NCBI RefSeq assembly: GCF_009914755.1
Contig: NC_060937.1
Length of the DNA stretch: 64,000 nucleotides
From: the human T2T-CHM13v2.0 reference genome, Homo sapiens
Reading direction: 5' to 3' (one strand)
The notes under the pieces were generated by a model that had not been told where the DNA came from, searched no databases, and saw only the letters and a list, made by a program, of their open reading frames with translations. The position numbers and the translations under genes were made by a program. This document shows positions 25,297 through 37,731 of this stretch, in pieces. The first letter of the stretch is position 1. Each line of letters starts with the position of its first letter.

Positions 25297-28224
25297 CAGA
25301 TTAATATATGACTCATAGACTGGTTTCAGCATAATTATGAAAAAAGAGAGGTTGGATAACTTGTTTCCCCTCTAAAGAAGTCTCAACTTTGTGTTTGTGA
25401 GCAAAAAACAGAGGAAGGGATGTCTAGTACCCTATCCATGTTTACTTGACTTAAGGAACATATTGATGGCCCCATTTAAAAAATGAAATCAATTCACATC
25501 AGAAAGCAGAGACATGTAGTAGAGGGTTGATCAAATATGCCTGTTTTCATATTTGCCTACATCCCTCTTAAAATTAACACAAAATTTTCTCAAGCATAAG
25601 TTCAATAGTCTGAAATAAACCAACATTCATGTTTCTAGAAAATTGTATTATACATAGGCATTAGACATGAGTGTATGTAGTGTTTCTATACTACTGCAGT
25701 ATAAGTTCTTTAAATTCTTGGTAATTTGTTACAAATTTACATATGCTTATTTAGCAGGTAATAGGAGCCTGTCAAATATTTTAATGATTTTTTTGAAAAT
25801 TTATCTCTATATAACACACATTTCACATAACAGATCTATATTAAGTGCAAAGATTCCTAAATGCTATTTGGAATTGTAGCCAGAAATTGTCCTGTGATTT
25901 GTTAGAAATTATTTTCCAGGTCAATCTTACCTAAAATGGCATAAGATGTTTGACTATTCCCAGTTGGGCATGTCAGGACTTAACTCTAACAATTCTCCAG
26001 TCCATGATGTATTTTATTTGCCATTTTTCTGAGGTGCAGTTTTGGAACCTTCATGGTAAAAGGGTGAAAAACTTCTTTATCTAGTGAGTGAGCCAGACTG
26101 ATGCCCAACATGCTTTCTCTAATACTTGTTATATATGCAATGTTTCACAGTGACTGAGATGTAAAATATTGCTTATCATTTTTCTTAATTTATTGCACTT
26201 TGGAGAGCAATGTTACTAACAATTTAAATATTTTAATATGTTAGGAGTTATTCCCCAAATATGTATGCATGTATTTAAGTATGTAAATAACATATATGTG
26301 TGTGTATATGTGTCATTTACTAGCCTTGGGGTTTTCCAAAAAGCTGTCTTTATGAAGAAAGAAAAAATTTAGTGTTATTAGTAAATATCTATTAATTGTA
26401 AATAACTTTATTACTCTAAAATATAATGTAAAAATCTTCAGAGAATTATTGCTAAATGATTTACCTAATTATTTTAGTTTTAAAGCTGATATCAACAAGA
26501 ACACCTATTCTAAGGACTGAACATATTTATTTGTGTGCTTGTACATAATTATGTAAATATACTTGGGTAATATGACTACATAATCATGAAGCACAGGAAA
26601 ATACAGGTATGTGGTATAATATTCATAATACAGCAATAACAGGAAAATAAAGGTGTGTCGTATAATATTCATACACTAAATCAGATTTCGTGTATGAATA
26701 TTTTTTTAAAAAGAAAATAAAAGACCAAGTAAGACAAAAGCAAAAGGGTTTTGGCTTTATATCTTTCCTATTTTATTATTTAAAAGTAGCAGATAATGTT
26801 ACCATTTTGCTCCTGCTCCATTTGGTATTATTTAAACAATAGAGTTCTAGGCTGTGTAACAAACTGAGCCCCGTTGTACTCTAGCTATCAGTGTGTCCTT
26901 GGTTGGTGATGTAGGCTCAAGATCACCTAGGCACCCATAACTTTATCTTAATGTGGAGGGAAATTAGACTTACCTTGAAGACAGTTGTCTTGAATTAGGT
27001 AGAAAATGTGAAATACAAGACACATAATAATAGTTTAATACATGGGAGTTCTCCTCTCACGCACCCCTCTTACTCACCATTTGACATATTTTAATTCTAT
27101 TAAATATTTCTATCACATGACTCAATTGGCAATTTTATGAAACCAATGGTTATTTCACTTATACGCATTTAATGAATCCAGCAAAACCTGTGTTATGAAT
27201 TTACATAAAAGGTCAAAAATATGTTCCTTATCAAAATGGTTTTCTCAATTTTTCTGTGGAGATTTATAGCAGTGGCCCATCCTGGGATATCTTAATCAAC
27301 CATCTGCATCCATGAATTTCATACTCATGATAACTGCCACATTTCCAAAGTCTAGAGGCTAAAATTCACAGTTAGTTTAAAACCCTTCCACCAATCTCCC
27401 TAACTCTTAGAGCTAAGATTTCCATCTGACACTGATTTTCGGATTTCACCCCTACAAGGGAGAAGTCCTATCTCAAAAATTCATACACTGAACACTAAAC
27501 CATTTTGTAAAATATTCTTTAGCTCAAGCATCAAAAACAGTGACAGGGAAGAGCTACTCATACTGAGATGCAGTCTTGTGTGAATTCCAATAACTATGAG
27601 ACATTTTCCTACAGATTGCAGAATACAGACACTGAAAGCTCTGCTTGCATTATATACTGTTTCATGGGAAAAGGGAATGAAATATAATAGAAACAAAGTG
27701 ACAATGAAATACGGATCAAAAATGCTTATTAAAGGCATTATGCATTTATGGCATAAAAACAATGTGCACTTTTTTATTCCGGTGCTTCGATTTTAATCAT
27801 TGCAATGTTTCTGTGTACCCAATGACAAAAGGTATGTCAGGGAGAGAAAACTTAAACATGACAGTTTAAATTCCACACCATTTTTAAAATCTAGTTTAAG
27901 AAAGAACTTCAAGTATAAACTATTTTATTTAACATTTGTTTGGAAACTTTGTGTTTGAAGGTAAAGTCTTTAGATTACTCTGGGATCAGTAATTCTAGGA
28001 TCGAATTCTAATGCTATCACTAGCTAGCTCTGAGAGGTAGGGCAAGCTACTCAATCGCTGTTATCTTCACGTTATGTTTCAGTAATATGCATAGGTAATC
28101 TCTGGTCTCTGACAATCAAATAGCCTGTGAGGTTTTTTGTTTGTTTGCTGTTACTTAGATAATATCATGGCATAGTTATCTTTGCAGTTTCTGAAGCCAT
28201 GTGGCTGTGGCTATCTTCCAGCCC

Positions 28225-28350
28225 ACTCATTCCTGTCTGTGTGCATTTGAGCAAATTACATAACCTCTCAGTGTCTCCTTTTCCCATCTGTAGAATAAGA
28301 ATAATAATCATACCTACCTAATGGGATTGCTGTCAGAATTAAATAAGCTA
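28225..28350 (+). mobile_element. MIR
   Basis: ttgagcaaattacataacctctcagtgtctcc...catctgtagaataagaataataatcatacctacc. Confidence 0.75.
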
Positions 28351-30757
28351 TATTCCAACAATTCTAATATTAAAAACCCCTTATTTTTGCATGTATTAAA
28401 ACAGGACAAATATTAAAGAAATCAAAAATAAGCATTTGTCAGAGTTAAATTGGCAGCATTTTACCCTAGCAGTACATAAAATTGTAGCATGTTTATACTC
28501 TAGTGGTAGATGAGAAGAATTATTATAATGCATATGACGTGCTTAGAATAGGGTCTGGCACAACTTTTTCTCAATAGCTGATATAACATTTCTCTATAAG
28601 TAAGCAATACTTCTTACATCTAAATTAAGAGTGATAGGTTAATAACAAGCTAATAATAATTAAAAGCTTGCTGGTCACATCAGTCTCGGTTTTATTATGT
28701 ATCTAGTGTCATAATATAAATTTAAGAATTTCATCCAGATTAGTCAGCACTCATTGACACCGAACATGACTCTGTTTAATAGTATAGTTTTCTACAGTTA
28801 AATATTTGTGTGTGTTAAACAGAACAATCATCTTTCTTGTTACTATATTAAGGTGATTAAAAGGGAGGGGAAATATAAATTGTGAAAAAATAAAAATTAG
28901 GAAAATACCTGCACTTACCAGGCTCAGTACAGAATTAAATATAATGAAAAATAACATTTCAGATGCCAATTTTGTAGGTTATAATCACCTTTCATTGTTA
29001 ATTCTCAAGAATAATTAACACTAGATTAATAACCTTAAAAAAGTGGTTACTAAAACTGCCCATTTTATTATTGGTCTACAGATATTAAGCATTTATACAG
29101 AAACCTTGCATCTTAGAATGTTTTAAAAAAAACTCGAAAGATGACATCACTTATCTGTTTTCTTCAAGTTTTATTTTATAAGAAATTTCAGATATTGTCT
29201 CTCTGAATTTAATACAAAATGCATGTTAAAGAAATTAAATGTATTATGATCAAAAACAGTTTAGACTAACCAAGGACAAAATGTGAATGATGGGAGAATA
29301 TACATATAAACTTCTTGAAACAGTCCCTAGCACAGAGTATGAGGTACTATTTAACACAGAAAGATATTTAACTGTAGAAAACTATGCTGTTAAATAAGCA
29401 TAAGTTGTCAATATCGTCATCATTATTTAGTATCACAGATCATCAGGGATGGGTAGGACCTTCCAGACAACCTAGTTCAAAACCATTCAGAGAAAATGGG
29501 CCTGGAGAATGATGGTTAAATGAGAATTTACGGAATGAAAGATTTATAAAAATATTTTGTCTTCTTTGTTTATAAATAAACTATAGTAGATTTACTTTCA
29601 CTGTTCTTTCACAAATGGACTAATAATATAAATAAACATCATAACTCTAGATGTCATTTTTTTTCTTCAAATTCCCTAGACCTTTAGTCAAACCCTGTGC
29701 AAGCTGTCTTCCTGTGCTTCGGACCTTATAAAATATCTAAGGGAGAAAAAAGTATGATTTATAGAAAATTATTTGAATTATGTCTCATTTATATTCTCTA
29801 CGAAAAATACGAAAATCTCCAATAAATCATCTCACCACCTTTGGTAATCAAAGGGATTTTCTGAGGAATATGGTTTCTGAGGAGTATGGTTAAGTCAATA
29901 AACACAAACATAAAATGTTATAAAAATAAATATAATTCTTAGAAATCTGAAATCCACTTGGATCTTAATGACTTGCACAACATCCTGGGTAGGGTTTTGT
30001 ACTATTTACCTTAATCTTTACTTATGAGAAAAAATTTTTCTCTGCCATCCAATTAGAACTATTGTGTTATTGTTGGTAATTAATGGGAACAATTGTATTA
30101 TCTTAGATAGTTGAAACATACACAGTGAAGAGGAAAAAATCAAAGGGTTGGAAACTATGGTTCTTCTCTCAATGTTCAAGAGATTTAGGCTTTGGATAAA
30201 AAAAGAAAGAAAAATATAAAAAAGTATATATGCTGAAGTTTAGAAAATCATTTCTAAGTATTTAGACCCACACAAAGAAAAAGAAATAGAATAAAAATAT
30301 GCAGAGAATTAGGGGATAGAGCTGTTCGAAATATTGCTCAATCCTCTTTCAACTTCCACTAATGTTTTATCTAAAAAGAAGTTGCTTTCTATATTAAGTT
30401 TATATTAATCAAAGTAGTTTCTTCAATATACATTACCAGTGGGATTTTTGAAAATAATAGATTCCTTTAGATGGCAAAAGCAATAATTATTACAATTTTT
30501 TTTTTACTAATCATGATTAAGAAAAGGTTTGAAGGGAATGGAGGGGACCTACGTTCTGTAAGAAAACAGAATACACACACAGGCACACACACATACGCAT
30601 ACACATGCATTACCTCTCTTTCTACAGTCTATATGTTACAGCTGTAAAAAAATACGTGAAACAGTATGTATGTTTTAATATTAGTTAACTATTAAAACAT
30701 AATTCTTTAAAAATGGGAATCTTCTTCCATTTCACAACAATGCAAAAATAGTTAACA

Positions 30758-30836
30758 CGACTGAACTCTACACTTAAAAACGGCTCAGATAGTAAGTTGT
30801 ATGTTATGTGTTTTTTTACCATGACTTAAAAAAAAA
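30758..30836 (+). mobile_element. L1M 3' terminal fragment
   Basis: ctgaactctacacttaaaaacgg...tatgttatgtgtttttttaccatg followed by an A tail. Confidence 0.65.
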
Positions 30837-31514
30837 TACATGAAAGATAGTAGATTTCTATACCCAGCCATACTGGAATAATTGGCACTGGAAAAACCCT
30901 TCCAACATAAAAGAATAAGAAAAGAACAACTATGGATCTTCTACCTTTTAATGTGGATGAACTAACTTTTTTAAAAAAGAAAGTAATGTCTTTCAAGTTC
31001 AAAAATACAGGGAAATAAAAGATCAAACTGATATAAAGTAGTAAAAAAAAAGGAAAACTTCATTAAAATTCAAATTTAACTAGTCATATTAAGCAGCAAT
31101 GTCTTTCTCATTTTCCTCAGTATGGGAGATGAATCGAATTAACCTTTCAAAATAGTTGTGCCTTTCTTTTAGTTCAATTAATAAATATGAATCAATCCAG
31201 AACATCTAGCTTTAAAAGAAAGTTGCTTATTACTTTCTTTAAAAATAGGTAAAAATCAGTACTTTTCATTCCATGTTACTAACATTATGTTTGAGAGTTG
31301 GATCATTACTCAACAGAAAAAAAAAGATATATATCGCTGGATTTTTGTTCTAAAATTATTTACTTAAAATTATTTTCAAAAACATTAGTATAAAAATGTG
31401 ACCACAGAAGAGATGGGCAAAGACAATAATACTAATTAAGATAGAGTATTTAAAATCATGAGGAAAATGAAAATTTATCAGTACTAACATGTTCTCTATA
31501 GATATATGGCATAC

Positions 31515-31616
31515 CTCGTAATGGCTTTCTTCATTCTCCTGAATGTGGAAACCCGTGGAGCTGGGACATTTCTGAGGAGTGACAGGAATATTGTCACTTT
31601 TGCTGTGTGAGTTACA
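31515..31616 (-). CDS. PCDH9: Protocadherin-9 alternatively spliced cytoplasmic exon (102 nt, 34 aa, phase 0/0)
   Basis: The minus strand reads ...GGTAATCTCTTTCAG|TGTAACTCA...CATTACGAG|GTATGC, with canonical AG/GT and a length divisible by 3. The translation [34 protein letters not shown] matches my recollection of PCDH9 between ...PLHTRQ and SQRRVTF (PP1-binding motif). It lies inside ORF 31356..31658. Confidence 0.95.
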
Positions 31617-33382
31617 CTGAAAGAGATTACCAAATAATTGTGACAAACTACTCCACATTTAGAGTGTCCATTGAGAGACATGGCTGTTTGCTATGAGCCT
31701 AATAAAGGAATACCACTTGAGCTAACAAGGGTCCACACCCAGAGATACATGCATTAAGATTGAGTCTTTACCATAAAGATTTTTTAATTGTCCCAGGATA
31801 AACAAATTGTTAAAACACTTTTACTAAAACTAAAGAAATATAAAATTTAGTAATTTTACTTTTACCTTTTTTAGGCAATATTTATTTATTACATTTATGA
31901 CTTTGGTAGCTAAAAGTTATACGGTGCTATTTGGGTGAGATATTATTTAAGAGTTTGATATATATTATACACATATTAGCCTGTGACATGGATATTATTA
32001 ACTACCTCCACTTAAGGAAGAGGAGACTGAAGCATAATTCCTCCCCCAACAAAGCTGTGCTGTTGCCCAGCCTTTTGGGAACCATTCCCCATATCCTTAG
32101 CTACCACATGAACTACCTTTATAAGTGATACATTTGAAATAGATAAAACTGAAAAAAACAGAAGTGTAGTGTCTTAAAATACTAGTTGACTTATTTTTCT
32201 ACTAAATAGAAAGCATTTTTAAAAAACAGGTTATCTAAAATAATTTACCTGGAAATTGACATGAATTATAGAACATAAGATATTACATTATGGCTTGGCC
32301 TTTCTCTGTGAACATATTAAAATGACAGTTTTCCATATTCCTCACACAACTTTTTCATGTGAAAATAAGACATTTTCCACTTCCTGTTTTCTTACTTCTT
32401 TTCTAAATCTTTTATTAGACTCAAGGCAAGCAATATTTGTAAGTATTGCTGTCTGGCCATTTATTAAACATAACTTTGTAGGTTTTAAGGTTTCTACTTT
32501 GATAAAAAGATATTGTTGTGCCCCCAGAAAAGGTTCATCATTGATATATACCTTTTCTTCTTAAATAAAACTATAATATATGCATCGATTTCATTACATT
32601 ACAAGCAAAGAGACTATTCTTTTCAAAACTAGTATGCCATGTTTCCTATTCATCAATGAAATGCTACCTTTACTATCTCAAAGTAAAATCTGTTAGAAAA
32701 TTACTGTTAGACATTTTTAAAAGCAAATGTGTTTTAGAATTTTAATATATTGTGTTCACTCTATTTTCATTTCAAGACCATCATTTTATATATTTAAATA
32801 TATGTTAAAGCACTGTCATTACATTTTGAAGATATAAATTATCTCATTTATTTTTATTTGTTTAAAATAAATAGCTATGTGACAACTAAGAAGGCATGAC
32901 TTTAAATCCATATATCCATCACTATAAGCCTTTTAGCATGAAAAAATATTTTATATCTGTTCTCTCTCTACAATTTAATTTTAACTCTATTCAAAACTTA
33001 CCTCCTCTAGCAACTCTTTTCATGCGTCATTCAACAAATGGTGATTGCCATTTTAACCTCTGTTTCTAAGTAACTTTCATGTGTAATTTGTAAAATGTTC
33101 CCTTGTAATGTTAATTATTTGAATGTTCCTAAGTTTTTTGTCTGAACAAATTCACTGTTAGCAACAAAGGCTTCACAGCAGCTTTTTTGGCATTCAAGAA
33201 AAAAAAAAGCATAGACCTTAAAACAGTTATTTTCATCTGTGATGTCCATAGACATTTTAATTATTCAATTCCTATCCCTAGCCTCTCCACATATCTATTC
33301 ATGCTGATTAATCTTTTTAAAAGGTTTCATGTATCATATAGTTTTTCTCCTAAGAAACATTTCCTAAATTTCTCTGGCCCAG

Positions 33383-33543
33383 CAGTGAGTCTCACCCTGA
33401 CTGTATATTAGAATCACCTGGGGAGATTTTTAAAAATGTCAATGACTGAGTCCCACCTCACATCAGTTAAATTGAAGCTCAGACATAAATATTTTTAAAA
33501 TATTCAGACAATTCTAATGTGTAGCCAGAGTTTAGAATCCTTG
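33383..33543. mobile_element. MER5-type hAT MITE
   Basis: cagtgagtctcaccctgactgtatattagaatcacctgggg...attctaatgtgtagccagagtttagaatcc. Confidence 0.75.
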
Positions 33544-33954
33544 GGTTAAGGTTAAAACTTCCTTGTCTAGCCCTCAGGAAGCTAGAGTAAATTTTGGCCT
33601 CACTCCGATTTCAATCTGATATCTTGCTCCATAGAATTTTTTCTTCCTTTTTAAAATTTAACCCATCATATTGTTTTTTTCCCCCATGGATATATCATAA
33701 AAGTGTCTGAACCTGAAAAAAAAATCCTATATTTGTATAATACTTTATGCTTTAAATACAAGAACTTATGTATTATCTACAAGGAACCTCTGTAGACTGG
33801 TAGAAAACATAATCCATCCTATAACAGATTAGGAAGACACAGGTTCAGGTATATTCAGTGCCATTTGCTGAAGGATTTGCCCTGTAAAAGCAGGACAAGT
33901 GTTCACTCTATTTTGGGCAATTTCTACTGTACCATATCTCCCTTAATGGGTTCA

Positions 33955-34470
33955 TCTATAACTCATTCATTCACTCATTTTATTCTGTTTGTTTGTTTGA
34001 TAATCAGACTTTTACTGAGTGCATGTTATGTGTCAGAATTGTACTGGATCATCAAGATATGGCATTTAATATCTGTAATACTCTCACTCTAGCCCTGAAA
34101 CAATACATGAAAATAAATAACCACCATGATGAGTGAACATGCCACCTGAAAATGTATGCAGACTGCTAAGGGACAGAGAAGAGCATGCATAGACTCCCAG
34201 ATTTGATACATGAATAGAGAGTCTCGAGAGGTGGACTGATGAGGGAATCATGGTTAGCACACATTTGAGACAGAAGGAACTGCATATGCAAAGGTGAGAA
34301 AACATGAATTCTCATGAGCCATGAGTAATTTGATAATAGTTCAAACATGAAGAATGTGAGGATTGATTTCAGAACAGACAGAAACTATCAGTGCATTAAT
34401 TCAATAGCACAACATATAGTGAGAAGTTATAGAATTGGACTTAATATAAGGGCCAACAGTGCCAAGAGTG
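33955..34470 (-). mobile_element. L2 3' fragment
   Basis: tcattcattcactcatt...tttactgagtgcatgttatgtgtcag, antisense L2 tail. Confidence 0.6.
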
Positions 34471-34921
34471 AGCTTTAAAGGTCATTCTTTTTCTTCCAAC
34501 TTTTCCAAGAAAATATGCAACATAACAAAATGAGCGCATTTGGAATATCATTGTGATGCCCAGTTAAGTCCTTCCATCCCTAAAAGATCTCACCCCCAAG
34601 CCTCTCCTGTGTTTCATTCTGGAGCAGCTCCTGTTTTTGGAACAGTGAATGGCATGAAAGGAAAATTTCTAACTTACTGTTCTTTCCTTACTTTTTAAAA
34701 TTGAGTCTTTTGAGGTAAATTTCTTCTGCAAATTAATATATAACTCAGAGCAAAATAAAAGAAAAAAGTAACACTGTAAACAATATTTTGAGATTAACTA
34801 TTATAAATACCCAAACTTTTAAGAAAAAAAATTCTTACAGGAAAAAATTTAATCACTATGAATCCTCCCTAACAAATTTCTACTTCCGGGAGAGTTGCAG
34901 CATTTTCTAAAAAAAGATTTA

Positions 34922-35283
<362 letters not shown>

Positions 35284-37124
35284 TTAATATAAATAACTGC
35301 GTATTGAATTATGGGTAAGATGCATTTGCTAAATCAGATTTATATTGGGGGGTACATATGTAAATCAAACTTGAGAAGTCTAAAGCTCAATAACAACAAT
35401 CATATTCAATGAAAATCACTGAAAGTACATTTGTTTTATACTTTAAGACCAGTTTGCTATTTTTCATCACCTATGATTGAAAGTCTGTATTGCAATATGT
35501 GGATAAATCATGCCACTCCAAAACATCCATTGTAGTTCCTGGGAAAATTATCATTCACTACCTATAGACATATCTGCTCAAAGTTTTCACATAATCAGGT
35601 ATTTTTACTCTTTCATTTTTGAAATAAATTTTCAAAAAAGCACTTCTAGCCATATTAAGAGAAAAATAATCAACAGTAGCAAGAACAACAAAAGTTTTAT
35701 GGAAGATCTTTTTATGAAAAACACAGCTGTTTTCTTTGCTAAATAGGGGGTTCTTTACATTTTCAACTCAATGGTAATGCAGTAGCAATGCTTAGTATTA
35801 TTTATTATTCTATTACTACTCCTACCTTCTTACAAAATCAAGATTGTTTACTAAAAATCAATAGCACTTTCATAGAAGTTTTGCAGTCATTATAGAGGCA
35901 ATAGTTTTGTACTTTTGTGCTATAGGTTTCATTAAATAACAATTCCATTTATTTAAAAACTCCCACTGAAAACGTTATTCCTACCCATTTTAAAAAACTA
36001 AGGATCCTTTTCATGAAGAATTCTAAAACAGAACATTTGTTTAATAATTCCAAAGAAATTTATGTTTGCAGAAATGAATCTACTTTAAATAATTGTCTAA
36101 ACTTGGTATCTTCAACTTCTCTCTATGCATTTCTTTAGAGATCCACATGTATTAGGTTTCAAGCACGCCCATTCCACTGAAATGGCCCTGCTACCATCAC
36201 CTATGGTTTTCACGTTACTAATGCAAATGGCAGTTCTCAGTTCTTATCTAATGCAACACAACTAAGTACTACCTCTTCTTGTTTCATTTATGTACTGGCC
36301 TTCAAGGATGCTATACACTCATGGCTTTCTTTCTTCTCCTGCTCTCTCTCTGGAATCATTTAACTGTTCGTGTTGTTGTCAAAACTGAAAGGACTAGAGA
36401 GGATAAAACTGAGTACTTCCTCAGAAAGTGTTTTCTTCAGTGGAGTCTGTTTAAGCAATTACACCCATATTGAACAGGTTCTGTTTCCAAAATATTTTCT
36501 CAGACACAGGAACAATCTTCTATTCATAAGATAAGAAAAGATCTCTTAGAACACCCCCAATCATTATTTCATCAAAGCACATATCTTTATACTTACATCT
36601 AGAAACTAATAAAATTTATATTTTAAGTGACCAACAGTATAGATTCTTATTATTTCTGAAAATTTGTTCTGATCATTTAGTATCCTGAAATTTATTCTGG
36701 CCCAAATAAGGAAACCTTGAGCCTATACTCACAGCCTTTTCTTTAATGTTTTCTATGTACCTTCTTTTTTTGCTTATTTTTGTTATCTTTAATCATAACT
36801 AGAAAATGGAGCTAAAATGCTCATCAAACTTTATTGAACAAATCAGTGTTCAGGTGCAGTGACACATATTTTGATTTAAAATGAAAATGTCGTATGATAA
36901 ATTTTAAAACCAAATGTTATATAAATGCAATCATATCATAGAATTGTAGATGGCTATAATACACATTAATTTAAAAACAGGGATTGCTTATGTGAAATAA
37001 GAAAAATAGGCAGACCCTAAAATGATATGAAGGAAATGTTACCTGTATCTATAGTATACAGAGTCTGTTTTTTTTTAATTGCTTTTTTGAGTCTCTTCTT
37101 TAAATTTTTTTCTTTAAAACTTTG

Positions 37125-37460
37125 AGACATAAATCAATGCACAAAAATCAGTAGCATTTCTACACAACAATAAATATTAGTCAAGCACCAAAACAAGAAG
37201 TTAATCCCACTTACAATAACTACAAAAAAGACTTATGAATATATTTTACCAAGGAGTTGAAAGATCTTTACAAGAAAAACTACAAAACCCTGATTAAAAA
37301 AAATCATAGATTGCACAAATGGAAAAATATCCCATGTTCATAGATTGGAAGGATTAATGTTGTTAAAATGACTATACCGCCCAAAGCAATCTATGGATTC
37401 AGTGCAATCCCTATCAAAATGCCAGCATCCTTTTTCACAGAATTACAAAAAAAAAAACAT
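37125..37460 (+). mobile_element. L1 ORF2 internal fragment (decayed)
   Basis: aaatcaatgcacaaaaatcagtagcatttc...aatggaaaaatatcccatgttcatagattggaag...cccaaagcaatcta, typical L1 ORF2 downstream of the RT core. Confidence 0.9.
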
Positions 37461-37498
37461 ATCCTTTTAAAAAAACACATGTTGAAAATCCATTTAGA

Positions 37499-37731
37499 GG
37501 CCAGGCACAGTGGCTCACGCCTGTAATCCCAGCACTTTGGGAGGCCCAGGCAGGCGGATCACGAGGTCAGGAGATGGAGACCATCCTGGCTAACATGGTG
37601 AAACCCCATCTCTACTGAAAATACAAAAAATTAGCCGGGCGTGGTGGCGGGCGCCTGTAGTCCCAGCTACTAGGGAGGCTGAGGCAGGAGAATGGCGTGA
37701 ACCTGGGAGGCGGAGCTTGCAGTGCGCTGAG
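37499..37731 (+). mobile_element. AluY, 3'-truncated (no tail)
   Basis: Y-type motifs accatcctggctaac, gaatggcgtgaacc, ggagcttgcagtg; similarity stops abruptly at gctgag. Confidence 0.92.

Noticed and set aside
25071-25332. Repetitive LPSF/SSLP ORFs
   Set aside because: Translation of a GA-rich simple repeat.
31356-31681. 100-aa and 61-aa ORFs as standalone genes
   Set aside because: Only the splice-bounded 102 nt match PCDH9; the rest is intron read-through or an alternative frame.
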